Part shown: positions 33,270 through 42,952 of the stretch, piece after piece
How positions within the stretch are numbered: the first letter of the stretch is position 1
Layout: each line of letters begins with the position of its first letter
DNA from: an uncultured delta proteobacterium
GTDB lineage: Bacteria; Desulfobacterota; Binatia; Binatales; Binataceae
DNA length: 64,000 nucleotides
Direction: 5' to 3'
Assembly (NCBI GenBank): GCA_963782535.1
Contig: CAWAKE010000009.1
Span: forward strand, 246,222-310,221
Translations under genes and position numbers: made by a program
Notes under the pieces: model-generated
Databases searched by the model: none
Seen by the model: only the letters and a program-made list of their open reading frames with translations
What the model was told of the DNA's origin: nothing

Positions 33270-35684
33270 ATGAGAAATCCATCATTCAGTATCGGCGCCC
33301 TTATTTTGCGTTTCCGGGCTCCAATTGGCGCTCTGCTGTTGTCGGTTACGCTCTTCATGGTGTATGCGGCCACGCACGTGGAAGTCGGAACTCGATTCGT
33401 CGATTTCTTTCCGAGCTATCATCCGTACGTCCTGCTCAACGAAAAGTTTCAGCGATCGTTCGGCGGAGCGGAAACGCTCGCGATAATGGTCCACGTCAAG
33501 GACGGCAACATTTTCAATGAGACGACCTTGAAGAAACTTCAAGGTCTGACGGAAGCGATGAACGCGCTCCCGGGCGTAAATCACGAAGAGGTGTTTTCGC
33601 TCGCGTCGTTCCGCATCAACTTCGTCAAGGCTGAGTCAGGCGCACTGATCACCCAAGCGTACATGTACCCGAAAGTGCCGACCACGGCGCAGGGTATCGC
33701 CAAGCTAAAGGCCAATGTAATCGAGCATCAGGACGCCCTGCGCCAACTTGTCAGTGAGGATTTTAAAAGTGCGATGGTCACGGCGTCCTTCAATGACGCT
33801 GCGATCAACTACCGCGTATTCTTCACGGATGTTCAGAACATAATTAAGAAGTACCAGGATGCGAACAATCGCATCTACGTAGCGGGCGAGCCAATTACCC
33901 GAGGATGGGGATACCATTATCTGCCAACCCTGGTAGCTGTCATTTTTATATCGCTCGCGATCATCGTGCTGGTCCATTATTACGGCATTCGCGGGATCGC
34001 CCGATGGTGGGCACCGCTGATGACGGGGGCTTGTTCCGCGCTATGGGGTATGGGCTTTACCGGATTAATCGGATTTCAACTGGACCCGGTGATGCTCGTT
34101 ATACCGTTCATTCTGACGGCGCGTGACGTCAGCCACGGTATTCAGTGGCAGCGCCGTTTCTATAGCGAAATCGAGAGAAGCGGTGGTGACGTCTATAGTG
34201 CGGTAGTTTCGACTACCAACTTGATGTTGCCTCCCGGTCTGGTTTCGATTCTGGCCGACATCTTCGGAATCATCTTCGTTTCTTTCAGCGGTATTCCGGT
34301 CCTCCATCATATAGCGCTTACCGGCGCCGTCTGGGTGGCTGCAAGCCTCCTGATGGTATTTGTGTTCCAGCCGATCGTGATGAGCTATATGCCGCCGCCG
34401 AGACTCGAAGGCAAAATCGATGAACATCTGTCTGGCGGGCTCGAAGGACAGATTGATCGGATGATTGCGAACCTCGTGGAATTTCCGGTTCGTCCCGGGT
34501 GGGCGCGTACTATCATTCTGTGGGGCGCGGCCGGCTTTATAGTCCTGGGCCTGTTATCCGGTCAGCACGCGAGCATTGGTTACAGAACGATCGGTACTCC
34601 GCTGTATCGCTCCACGGCCAAGGTAAACCGGGACATCCAGTCCATCGCCCAGTACTTCCCCGTGGACGAAGGTTGGGTGGTCCTCGAAACGCCGTCCTAT
34701 CCTAGTCCCGAATCCACCCTGGGCCCGAATGCACTTCGCTCGGCGGACGACCTGCGCGACTACTTGCGCGAGCGTGATCCTAACGTATTGCAGGTCATCT
34801 CGTTTGCGTCGGACATCGAGAAGCCATTCAACCAGATGTTCCATTACGCGCATCCGAAATTTCTTCGTATTCCCGAGAATACCGAATTAGCCGGAAATCT
34901 CTGGTACCTGTACCTATCGGGAACCGCTCCCGGCGAAATGGAACGGTACATTCCGAATTCTCAGGCGGATGCTACCTGCATTCGGATTTTACTGCGCGAC
35001 CACACCTACGACACGCTGAATCGCCTGCTCTCTGAGGTCCAGCAGTTCAAAAGGACGCGCGTGCAACCGGATCCGACTCTGAGCAAGCTCAAGATGGCGT
35101 ATCTCGGAGGTATTGCGGGTCTGTACGCGGCCGCCAATCAGGTACTGAAGTATACCGACTTCTTCAATTTGACGCTGACTTTGTGTGCTGTCGGGATATG
35201 CTGTGCAATCGAGTTCCGTTCCTTCACGGCGGGCATCCTGTTTATCGCGGCGAGCGTGCTGGCGAATTTCGGGGCCTTCATTTACATGAATGCCAGGGGA
35301 CTCACTCTCACGATCGATACTATTCCGGTTGTGTCGCTCGGCATCGGACTAGGAATCGACTATGGTATTTACACAGTGGCCGCGATACGAGACGAGGTAA
35401 TCGGCGGAAAAGAGATTACCGAGGCAATTATGATTGCGATGAGGGGTACAGGAGGCGCGGTTCTCAATACCCTGTTCGTAATGCTCGGCGGTCTGTCAGT
35501 CTGGATGTTTTCGCCCATTGACTTTCATGTACGCATGGCCGAACTGTTGATTTTTCTGATGATCACCAACGCAATAACCGGTGTGGTCGTTTTGCCCAGC
35601 TTTATCTCTGCATTCCGGCCGGCGTTCATCAACCGCTATGTTCAACAGGCGCAGGCCGAGCGGGAGCGAAAAATCGCCACATAG
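33270..35684 (+). CDS. RND-superfamily exporter with sterol-sensing-domain topology (MMPL/HpnN-like)
   Basis: 804 aa, two blocks of ~6 TM helices each preceded by a large periplasmic loop. Begins 9 nt after the BNR gene stop, so they are probably co-transcribed. Confidence 0.8.
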   Translation: MRNPSFSIGALILRFRAPIGALLLSVTLFMVYAATHVEVGTRFVDFFPSYHPYVLLNEKFQRSFGGAETLAIMVHVKDGNIFNETTLKKLQGLTEAMNALPGVNHEEVFSLASFRINFVKAESGALITQAYMYPKVPTTAQGIAKLKANVIEHQDALRQLVSEDFKSAMVTASFNDAAINYRVFFTDVQNIIKKYQDANNRIYVAGEPITRGWGYHYLPTLVAVIFISLAIIVLVHYYGIRGIARWWAPLMTGACSALWGMGFTGLIGFQLDPVMLVIPFILTARDVSHGIQWQRRFYSEIERSGGDVYSAVVSTTNLMLPPGLVSILADIFGIIFVSFSGIPVLHHIALTGAVWVAASLLMVFVFQPIVMSYMPPPRLEGKIDEHLSGGLEGQIDRMIANLVEFPVRPGWARTIILWGAAGFIVLGLLSGQHASIGYRTIGTPLYRSTAKVNRDIQSIAQYFPVDEGWVVLETPSYPSPESTLGPNALRSADDLRDYLRERDPNVLQVISFASDIEKPFNQMFHYAHPKFLRIPENTELAGNLWYLYLSGTAPGEMERYIPNSQADATCIRILLRDHTYDTLNRLLSEVQQFKRTRVQPDPTLSKLKMAYLGGIAGLYAAANQVLKYTDFFNLTLTLCAVGICCAIEFRSFTAGILFIAASVLANFGAFIYMNARGLTLTIDTIPVVSLGIGLGIDYGIYTVAAIRDEVIGGKEITEAIMIAMRGTGGAVLNTLFVMLGGLSVWMFSPIDFHVRMAELLIFLMITNAITGVVVLPSFISAFRPAFINRYVQQAQAERERKIAT

Positions 35685-35960
35685 AAGCGATTGTCGGGGA
35701 GCCATTACGTGTCAGAACGGCTCCGGGCGACTAGAAGAAGCATTTCGCTTTGAGGGTCAATTGCGAAGCTAACTCGATTCACGCGGGCGTGCCCACGACG
35801 CCCGCGTGAATCGGTTCCGCTGAGGAACCGAACCGTTCACTCTTGCGAGGACCGATCCGACCACCAATCGAAGTAACTATTTGGCGCGGCGTCTGGTCCG
35901 CAGTCGCTGATGTGCCTCCGAATAGTCAGTTGGCGGCGCGAGTGGATAATCCGGCAGGCG

Positions 35961-37019
35961 TCAGCGCCAGATACCGAAGACACGGAATCCCGTTGATACC
36001 CACGACGTGAAGTGAGCCGTGACCTCCATCGGGCGTGCGCCCATGATGCCCGCAGCAACAATCCAGTTGCGTAACTCATGATCGCCGTTGTTCTCGATAT
36101 CCGGCGAGTCGTAGTCGGCCAACAGGCTCCCTTGTCCGCGTTCGAACCAGTGCATCTTTTCAATATTGCCTTCGAAATCCATGCGCATGCGATCGTATTT
36201 CCTGGTAAGCCATGTGTGCGACCAGGTTGAACTCGGACAAATCATTACGCGCTCTGGTCGTCGCATGAGGACCTGGCGAATTGCCCGGCCCATCGCATAG
36301 AGGCGGTGTGAGGTCGGCGCGGGCGGATACCCGCTGGTCGATTTAGCCTCCAACCCCTGTCCCGACGCCATGGTTCCGAAAATGTTGAGATCGGAGCCAT
36401 AGCAGTTAATCATGATCGGGACGAGCGGGTACTTGCCTCCATCGTTGTGCAGAAAGAGCTGAGTATTGGCGTGTGCGTGGCCCAAGCCGTTTTGCCAGCG
36501 GTCGCTATTCAGATCATTGGAGGAAGCGATGTCGAATTCATTTCTAATCAATTCATCGCGAATAGCCACTGCCAATTCGGAATGACAAGGCCACGAATAG
36601 CGATGATCAGCGGCAACACCCCAGGTGGCCTTGATATATTCCACATCCCCGGGCAGGCGCGACATATTAAACGGCTTTGCGTCCACCTCGTTGCCAACAT
36701 AGATAGCGTAAGGGGGGAGGTTATTGGCCTGGAAGCATTGAGCCTGATCGTCACCGATCATCAGGATCGCGTCCGGGGAGACTTCATCGATGTATTCGCG
36801 CAACCGGTTGAACGCCTGCCAATGCAAATGATGATGCTCCTCGCCCACTTTTGTGGGGTTGTCGCCAAGCTGCGCGACGGCTTCCGGTGGATCCTGGAAC
36901 GGTCGTCCATCCAGCTTTTCCACCATCTTGCAGAGCATCTGGCGCATCCGAAACATGTTTTGCGGCGCGCTCATGAGATAGGGCACGTGAGAAGTCCCGA
37001 TGCCAAAAATTTCTCCCAT
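35961..37019 (-). CDS. class III extradiol ring-cleavage dioxygenase (LigB family)
   Basis: MGEIFGIGTSHVPYL N-terminus and His-rich active-site region (EEHHHLHW.., ..HAHAN..) consistent with LigB/AmnB-type catechol extradiol dioxygenases. 352 aa. Confidence 0.6.
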   Translation of the reverse strand: MGEIFGIGTSHVPYLMSAPQNMFRMRQMLCKMVEKLDGRPFQDPPEAVAQLGDNPTKVGEEHHHLHWQAFNRLREYIDEVSPDAILMIGDDQAQCFQANNLPPYAIYVGNEVDAKPFNMSRLPGDVEYIKATWGVAADHRYSWPCHSELAVAIRDELIRNEFDIASSNDLNSDRWQNGLGHAHANTQLFLHNDGGKYPLVPIMINCYGSDLNIFGTMASGQGLEAKSTSGYPPAPTSHRLYAMGRAIRQVLMRRPERVMICPSSTWSHTWLTRKYDRMRMDFEGNIEKMHWFERGQGSLLADYDSPDIENNGDHELRNWIVAAGIMGARPMEVTAHFTSWVSTGFRVFGIWR

Positions 37020-37033
37020 CGAATTGCCTCCTG

Positions 37034-38029
37034 TCAGGTTCGCAGCGCCAGCTTGAGCAGATCCAGCGCGTTAGCGGCGAGGATTTTGTTTTCGGCCTCG
37101 CGCTCGAGACCCAGCGCCTGGATCTCCTGCACTGGATGAGCTACGCCCGCCGGCAGCGGATAATCAGTGCCGACCACGAAACGCTCGGCTCCGTAACAAC
37201 CCACCAGATGGCGCAACATCGGTGGATTGAGCGCGATGGTATCGAACGAGAGTTGTTCGAGGTAACTCGAGGGCAAACGCGGAATTGCGCTGCGGCATTC
37301 AGGTAAAAGTTTGTAGCCCATGTCCAGCCGCCCGATTATGCTCGGCAAGGTGCCGCCGGCATGGTAAAGCACAACCCGCAGCGAAGGATGCCGCTCGAGC
37401 ACTCCACCATAGATCAGCAGCGCCGCCGCGAGGCCAGTATCGAAGAGATTCCCCACTAGATTGCCAAGAAAATAGCGTGCGAACGCGCCGCGCGGTGCGG
37501 CTTCGAACGGATAAACGCACACCGCGATGCCGAGCGCGGCGGCGGCTTCCCAAAATACCTCGAACGCAGGCTCGTCCAGCTGCCGTTCGATCACTCTTGG
37601 TGGTATTTCCACTCCGCGAAATCCCAGCTTGGCAGCGCGTTCGAGCTCCTTGGCAGCCAGCGCGGGATCCTGCATAGGTACTGAAGCCAACGGAACAAAA
37701 CGATCGGGGTTGCTCGCGCCGACAGCCGCCAGCGCCTCGTTGTTCACTTGCGCAATAGCCAGTCCCAGTTCAGGCGCGACTTCGGGATACATCAGGAACG
37801 GCACGCACGATACCGCTTGCACCGTCACTCCTTCGCGATCCATGTCCGCGATACGCGCACGGATATCCGAGATCGGTCCCTCGATCGGCCTCATTGCGGA
37901 TTCTTGGATAACAAAAAAGCGGCGACCGCCACGTTCGATAATTCGTGTCGAGTAGTGTTCACGCTCGCGTGCGAGAAACGCGATCACCTCGGGTGCGACC
38001 ATGTGGTTGTGCATGTCGACTACTTGCAT
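37034..38029 (-). CDS. amidohydrolase-2 family enzyme (ACMSD/LigW/LigJ-like hydrolase or decarboxylase)
   Basis: Trimmed to MQVVDMHNHMV (metal-binding HxH), later HAGG and VVGTDYPLP (metal Asp) motifs of the PF04909 TIM-barrel. The upstream 74 aa of the track ORF are Arg/Gly-rich and implausible. Confidence 0.7.
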   Translation of the reverse strand: MQVVDMHNHMVAPEVIAFLAREREHYSTRIIERGGRRFFVIQESAMRPIEGPISDIRARIADMDREGVTVQAVSCVPFLMYPEVAPELGLAIAQVNNEALAAVGASNPDRFVPLASVPMQDPALAAKELERAAKLGFRGVEIPPRVIERQLDEPAFEVFWEAAAALGIAVCVYPFEAAPRGAFARYFLGNLVGNLFDTGLAAALLIYGGVLERHPSLRVVLYHAGGTLPSIIGRLDMGYKLLPECRSAIPRLPSSYLEQLSFDTIALNPPMLRHLVGCYGAERFVVGTDYPLPAGVAHPVQEIQALGLEREAENKILAANALDLLKLALRT

Positions 38030-38073
38030 GGTTGCTCCCAAGCCAATCGCCCGGCGGATAGTAGTGAGACCCG

Positions 38074-38568
38074 CTATAAGATGATGCTGACCTTGCCGTG
38101 CGGACGCAGCGTCTCTAAATCCAGAACGGCCTTGCGTTCCCGGATCTTCAGCGCGCCCTCGCGCCGCACCAATTTGAATTCGTAATGGCCCACGTATGCG
38201 TCGACCGTTTCGAAGCGCATCCGATAGACGACGAAGTTTGCCGTCACGCAAATATTTTCGCCGTCGGCTCCGAGCACTCGAACATTAGTAATCAGGCGGC
38301 GGGTGCGCGAGTGAGGTGTCTCAGCGTGCGCCGACTTGCCCGTCAATTGCTTCACGCGCGAATGCAGCCGGACCGCATCGTCCGCGATCAGGAACAGTGT
38401 GTCGCTGGGATTGCCGTCAGGGTTGTCCGTCGGCGGCACATAATAGGAAATGTCATCGGTCAACATCCCGAGCCATTCTTCGAGACGCCAGCCGTCCAGC
38501 AGCGCGGCCTCAGCATAAAGTAGCTGCTCAACCTCGGCTGGTGTGGGTAGATCTGCGCTGCTTGTCAT
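38074..38568 (-). CDS. ring-hydroxylating dioxygenase beta subunit
   Basis: LLYAEAALLDGWRLEEWLGMLTDDISYYVP NTF2-like beta-subunit signature. ATG at 38566-38568 overlaps the alpha-subunit stop (ATGA). Confidence 0.8.
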   Translation of the reverse strand: MTSSADLPTPAEVEQLLYAEAALLDGWRLEEWLGMLTDDISYYVPPTDNPDGNPSDTLFLIADDAVRLHSRVKQLTGKSAHAETPHSRTRRLITNVRVLGADGENICVTANFVVYRMRFETVDAYVGHYEFKLVRREGALKIRERKAVLDLETLRPHGKVSIIL

Positions 38569-39851
38569 GCCGCCTTCCGCGCGCGGCGGGCTTGCGGCGC
38601 CGTTATCAGTGTGTGCCATCGGCGCCAGAATGTACGCATCTGCAGCTCGTCGGAGACCCCGGGCTCGTCGCGCTTCATCCCCCGCGAGATGTCAGACCAT
38701 TCGACTTCGGGATTGGCAAATCCGCGCTGGCACGATTCGAGCGCCTCGACGTCGTCAGGCGTTGCAAATCCGCCGGGCCCGAGAAAAGTCAGAAAATTGT
38801 CGAGCCGAAGGGCGAGATCCTCGGGTCTTTCCTTCACTGGAGAAAGCGCCCATGCGTCCACTTCCATGTAATCGGGCGCGATCGGGAAAAACGTGCGGAT
38901 AGTTATCGCCATGATGTCGTTGATGACGAGATTTGGGAAAATCAACAGATTACGACAGGTATGCGCGATCCGCCCCGCGCGCTCGGGGCCGCACCGATCT
39001 TCGAGCGCACGATAGATTTCATCGATGCGTGCCCTGCGCTCTTGGCCGAACAACGGAATCCATTGCGCGATAGGACGACCGAACGGCGCCGAGTACTCGA
39101 TCACGGCATGGCCGTTGCCGAGATCCACGACCTTTTGACGCCACAACATTTCGCCTTTCAGATTGACTCCGCTGTCGGCCAGGAAATTGAAATAGCGCTG
39201 ATGCGTCGGAAGTGCGTGATAGCCGTCGATGCTGTTCTCGGCCAACAGCTTCCAGTTCGCGCGGATGCTGTACGATTGTGTGCCGCCGACAATTTTCATC
39301 CCGGTTTCCGATTGGTCGCAAACCAGATCCAGATACTCTGTAGCGCCGGCAAGATAATCGACCAGCCGCGGCACCGTACGACTGAAGCTCACGAAGATGA
39401 ACCCGCGATAGCTATCGGCCTGTGGCGCAGGAACGAGTCCCAACTCCTCGCGTTTGAATGCCCGCCCGTAGGAATCCTCGCCCGGAATCCCCACCAGATC
39501 GCCGCGTGTATTGAAAGTCCATGCGTGGTACGGGCACTGAAACGTCCGCGCATTACCGCATTTTTCACGGCAGACCATGGCGCCCCGATGGGTGCAGGTG
39601 TTGAGCAACACTCGCACTGTTCCATCGTCGCCGCGCACGATGATCAACGGGCGACCGGCCACCCGCCGCGCCCGATAGTCGCCCGGAAGCGGCACTTCGG
39701 ACTCGTGACCGGCATAAATCCAGCAATTCGCGAATATCCGCTCGCGCTCCATCTCCAGATATTCCGGCCCGACCATGACCCGGCGATTCACGCGAAATAA
39801 TCCTGCTGTCCGATCATCAATGATCAGATTCGATGGCGACGTGCTGTTCAT
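38565..39851 (-). CDS. Rieske aromatic-ring-hydroxylating dioxygenase, alpha subunit
   Basis: Rieske CTHRGAMVC ... CPYHAW plus catalytic domain (DGYHALPTHQ). 428 aa. Confidence 0.85.
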   Translation of the reverse strand: MNSTSPSNLIIDDRTAGLFRVNRRVMVGPEYLEMERERIFANCWIYAGHESEVPLPGDYRARRVAGRPLIIVRGDDGTVRVLLNTCTHRGAMVCREKCGNARTFQCPYHAWTFNTRGDLVGIPGEDSYGRAFKREELGLVPAPQADSYRGFIFVSFSRTVPRLVDYLAGATEYLDLVCDQSETGMKIVGGTQSYSIRANWKLLAENSIDGYHALPTHQRYFNFLADSGVNLKGEMLWRQKVVDLGNGHAVIEYSAPFGRPIAQWIPLFGQERRARIDEIYRALEDRCGPERAGRIAHTCRNLLIFPNLVINDIMAITIRTFFPIAPDYMEVDAWALSPVKERPEDLALRLDNFLTFLGPGGFATPDDVEALESCQRGFANPEVEWSDISRGMKRDEPGVSDELQMRTFWRRWHTLITAPQARRARKAA

Positions 39852-39884
39852 TTTGACGATCCTCCGTGCGAGGTTGGCGGCGCG

Positions 39885-40709
39885 CTATTCACGAGGCTCC
39901 GACGGATCCCAGGCCCAATAACGCGACACCGTTCCCGCGTCGACCCGCAAGTCGGTTCCCGTGATCATTTCTGCGTCGTCGGAGGCGAGAAATACGGCCG
40001 CGCGAGCATAATGCTGCGGACTCGGCAGCTTTTGCATCGGAGTGCGCCTGCGAAATGGTTCGAACATTTCCACGATGCGCTCGGCGTGCGGAACGGCGCG
40101 GCCCCAACGCGCCGCTCGATCCAAGCTTTCCGCCGGGTCTGTGGCCGTTGGCGTGAGGCTGTTGACGCGAATTCCGTGATCCACCAATTCCATCGCAACC
40201 GACCGCGTGAAATTCAGCAGCCCGCTCTTGCCGGTGCAATAGGCGACGTTGCGCGGCTGCCCCTGATGGCCGGCTGTTGAAATGATATTGATGATGCTGC
40301 CTTTGCGCCCCTGCTCGATCATCAGGTGCGCTGCATACTTGGTAAACAGGAATGTGCCGGTCAGTATGATTGCTGTTTGCCGCGTCCATTCTGCGAGCGT
40401 CATATCGAGCACGCCCTTCTGATTGAAGATCGCGGCGCCGTTGATCAGGATATCGACCCCGCCGAATTCGTTGCGCGCCCGGGCGACCGCGGCTTTGACT
40501 TGTTCCTCGTCGGTGACGTCGCAGGTCACGCCGATGGCGCGTCCGCCGGCGTTAACGATCGCTCGCGCACAGTCGGCCGCATTCTCGGCTTTGTAGTCAA
40601 CGCAAACGATTGCGGCTTGCTCGGCCGCCAGTCCTTCGGCGATTCCCCCGCCGATATTTGCGCTCGTTCCAGTGACTATCGCAACCTTACCGTCGAGCTT
40701 CATGGTCAT
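39885..40709 (-). CDS. SDR-family oxidoreductase (cis-dihydrodiol-dehydrogenase-like)
   Basis: GKVAIVTGTSANIGGGIA cofactor motif, NGAA, catalytic YCTGK. 274 aa, immediately upstream of the dioxygenase alpha gene on the same strand. Confidence 0.85.
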   Translation of the reverse strand: MTMKLDGKVAIVTGTSANIGGGIAEGLAAEQAAIVCVDYKAENAADCARAIVNAGGRAIGVTCDVTDEEQVKAAVARARNEFGGVDILINGAAIFNQKGVLDMTLAEWTRQTAIILTGTFLFTKYAAHLMIEQGRKGSIINIISTAGHQGQPRNVAYCTGKSGLLNFTRSVAMELVDHGIRVNSLTPTATDPAESLDRAARWGRAVPHAERIVEMFEPFRRRTPMQKLPSPQHYARAAVFLASDDAEMITGTDLRVDAGTVSRYWAWDPSEPRE

Positions 40710-41108
40710 GCCCCGTCGCTGATATCCTCCGTTTCACTCCGTTGCTCCATCGCGCAACGCCCCATCTACCAGCTATCGCTGGCGCGCGTGGCCGGGAAGG
40801 CAAACCTCGCCCTTTCCGCGAGAGTACGGCTTTTCGCACGAAATCATCAACCCGAACTTTTGCCCGTGCGGTTCGAAATCTTCTTGAGGCTTTTCGGTCT
40901 GAGCGAACTATGGACACGGTTTCCAGGTGATGCTTCGCGTGCCGAAGCATCGAGAGATTCCGATACTGACGCAGAACGATGCGACTCGGCTCTCCGCGCG
41001 ATTTCCATGAGGGCCCGCGCCGGATAAAACGGCGGCAGCACGGCATTCGGCGATTCAGCGCGAGCGCAGGTTCAGTTCACTGGCAATCTGGTCGTGCGAC
41101 TATCGCAC

Positions 41109-42398
41109 TTATGATTCGCCGTTCTGGCTGATCATGCGGTGAAACTGCACGCTCGCCGCGACCGCCGGGAGGAATCGGGTCTTGAACGCCTCGGGCGAAA
41201 GATTGGTCTCTTTCGCGAGCCGCGTGAGCATCGGTTCCTCCAGATCCTCGGCCTCAAGTCGAATCATGTACGAGCGCGCCACCTGATACGATTCCGCCGT
41301 CACGTCAACGCTGCGCGTGCGCACTCGGCCGGTTGCTGGGTCGAGCATCTCGTCGAGTTTGATCGGTTTGATCCGCCCGTTGACGACCGCGATCATTGCG
41401 CCCGAATTACCGCCGAGCAGATAGCGCACCGCACCGTAGCCAAGCGTGCGGGTATAGTCGATGTCGAACGGAAGCGGTCTCGCACAGCGCAACTCATAGC
41501 CGATCTCTTTGTTGACCACAGTCATCTGGATCCCGAGTCCGGCCAACGCCTCACGTACGTTGTCGCGCAGAAATAGCCCGAGCGGAATCTCTCCCAGCCG
41601 TCGATGGCCGTAAGCATCGCGCTCGACGCTTTCTGCCTGCGGCAGCGACGCCGGATCGATGAGTGCGGCAATGCCCTCGGCAATTACTGCCACACCGTCG
41701 GGCCGCCCGTTGGCCCAGCGCTTGATAATTGCGCCCGCGATCAAATCGACCACGGTCGTGAGTTCAAGCTTCGAATCCAGAAACTCCTCGGGGATCAGCG
41801 CCAGGGTCGCGCCCGCAGCCTTGCACATGCCAAGCGCAAGGGCGCCGGAAGTACGCCCCATTGTAACCACCGTGTACCAGCGCCCCGTGGTCAGCGCATC
41901 CTCCATCAAGGACTCGACCACCGTGGTGCCAAACGAACGCGCCGTCTCGAAGCCGAAAGTTGGCAGGTTCTCGGGCAAAGGCAGGTCGTTATCGATAGTT
42001 TTCGGCACCGTGACTATGCTCAGCTTGTGCCCGGCGCGCTCCGCGATCTTGGCCGCGGCAGTTGTCGTGTCGTCACCCCCGATACACACCAGGTAACGGA
42101 CCGAAAGCTCTTCCAGCGACCGCACCGCGCGCTCGAGACTCGCCTCCTCTCGCGCCGGATTGGTGCGCGAGGTTCCGAGAATCGAGCCGCCGGTGAAATG
42201 AATTCGGCTCACATCGGAGATTTTAAGCTCGACCGCGCGCGACGTGTCACCGCGCGCCAGCCAGTGGTACCCTTGTGGAATTCCGATTACCCGCAGCCCC
42301 GAGTTGATTGCCTCGATAGTCGCCGCTGCAATCACTGCGTTGATCCCGGGGGCGGGTCCACCGCCTACCAAGATCGCCAATGTCTGCTTCTGTGGCAT
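41109..42398 (-). CDS. pfp: 6-phosphofructokinase, pyrophosphate-dependent type
   Basis: LAILVGGGPAPGINAVI, GGDDT (Asp where ATP-PFKs have Gly) and PKTIDND (Lys where ATP-PFKs have Gly), MGR substrate motif. Start trimmed to MPQKQTL. Confidence 0.75.
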   Translation of the reverse strand: MPQKQTLAILVGGGPAPGINAVIAAATIEAINSGLRVIGIPQGYHWLARGDTSRAVELKISDVSRIHFTGGSILGTSRTNPAREEASLERAVRSLEELSVRYLVCIGGDDTTTAAAKIAERAGHKLSIVTVPKTIDNDLPLPENLPTFGFETARSFGTTVVESLMEDALTTGRWYTVVTMGRTSGALALGMCKAAGATLALIPEEFLDSKLELTTVVDLIAGAIIKRWANGRPDGVAVIAEGIAALIDPASLPQAESVERDAYGHRRLGEIPLGLFLRDNVREALAGLGIQMTVVNKEIGYELRCARPLPFDIDYTRTLGYGAVRYLLGGNSGAMIAVVNGRIKPIKLDEMLDPATGRVRTRSVDVTAESYQVARSYMIRLEAEDLEEPMLTRLAKETNLSPEAFKTRFLPAVAASVQFHRMISQNGES

Positions 42399-42952
42399 GA
42401 TTATAGACCTTGTACCCACCCGCCTCCTGACGGCCTTTCAGCGCCAGGTTGTGATTGTTGTTCTGGCGCAATAGTTCGAGATCGCTGGCGAAGAAATTGC
42501 GAAAGTGAATCGGAGCGCGTCTCTTCGCCGGCGAATCCCACAATCGAGCAACCGATGCCGTGTTGGCTTTTCGCGTCCCCTATAAGAATTATCCCTCGGA
42601 CCGGCGCCAGTCGAATGCCCTTCATTCTGCTGATGCGATTATCCCCCTGTTCGCGCCCCGCACGTCCGTCGCAGTTACTGGGGTTCCGCAGCCTGCCGAC
42701 CGGCGCCAGCGCACCGGCTGTGACCGATCCATGAGTTACCATTGCCATCGCCGAAGCCGCCGATTGCTCACACATCACCTGATAAGCAATTTTTGCTCCC
42801 GTGCGGTCCCTCGCACTGCTTACTCTCATAAGAGGTGGCTATTCGAAATTCACGCAGTAGGGTCAACGCAGGCCTTGCGCAGTTCCGGATTGTTGTAATA
42901 GATGAGCTATCGACAGATTAGTAATTGAGACGACGCTTCATAAGGAGAAATC

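Noticed and set aside
38316-39800. 494-aa + strand ORF
   Set aside because: Antisense to the Rieske alpha-subunit gene. Arg/Pro/Ala-rich shadow ORF.
41604-42734. 376-aa + strand ORF
   Set aside because: Antisense to the PPi-PFK gene and running into the non-coding spacer. No domain.
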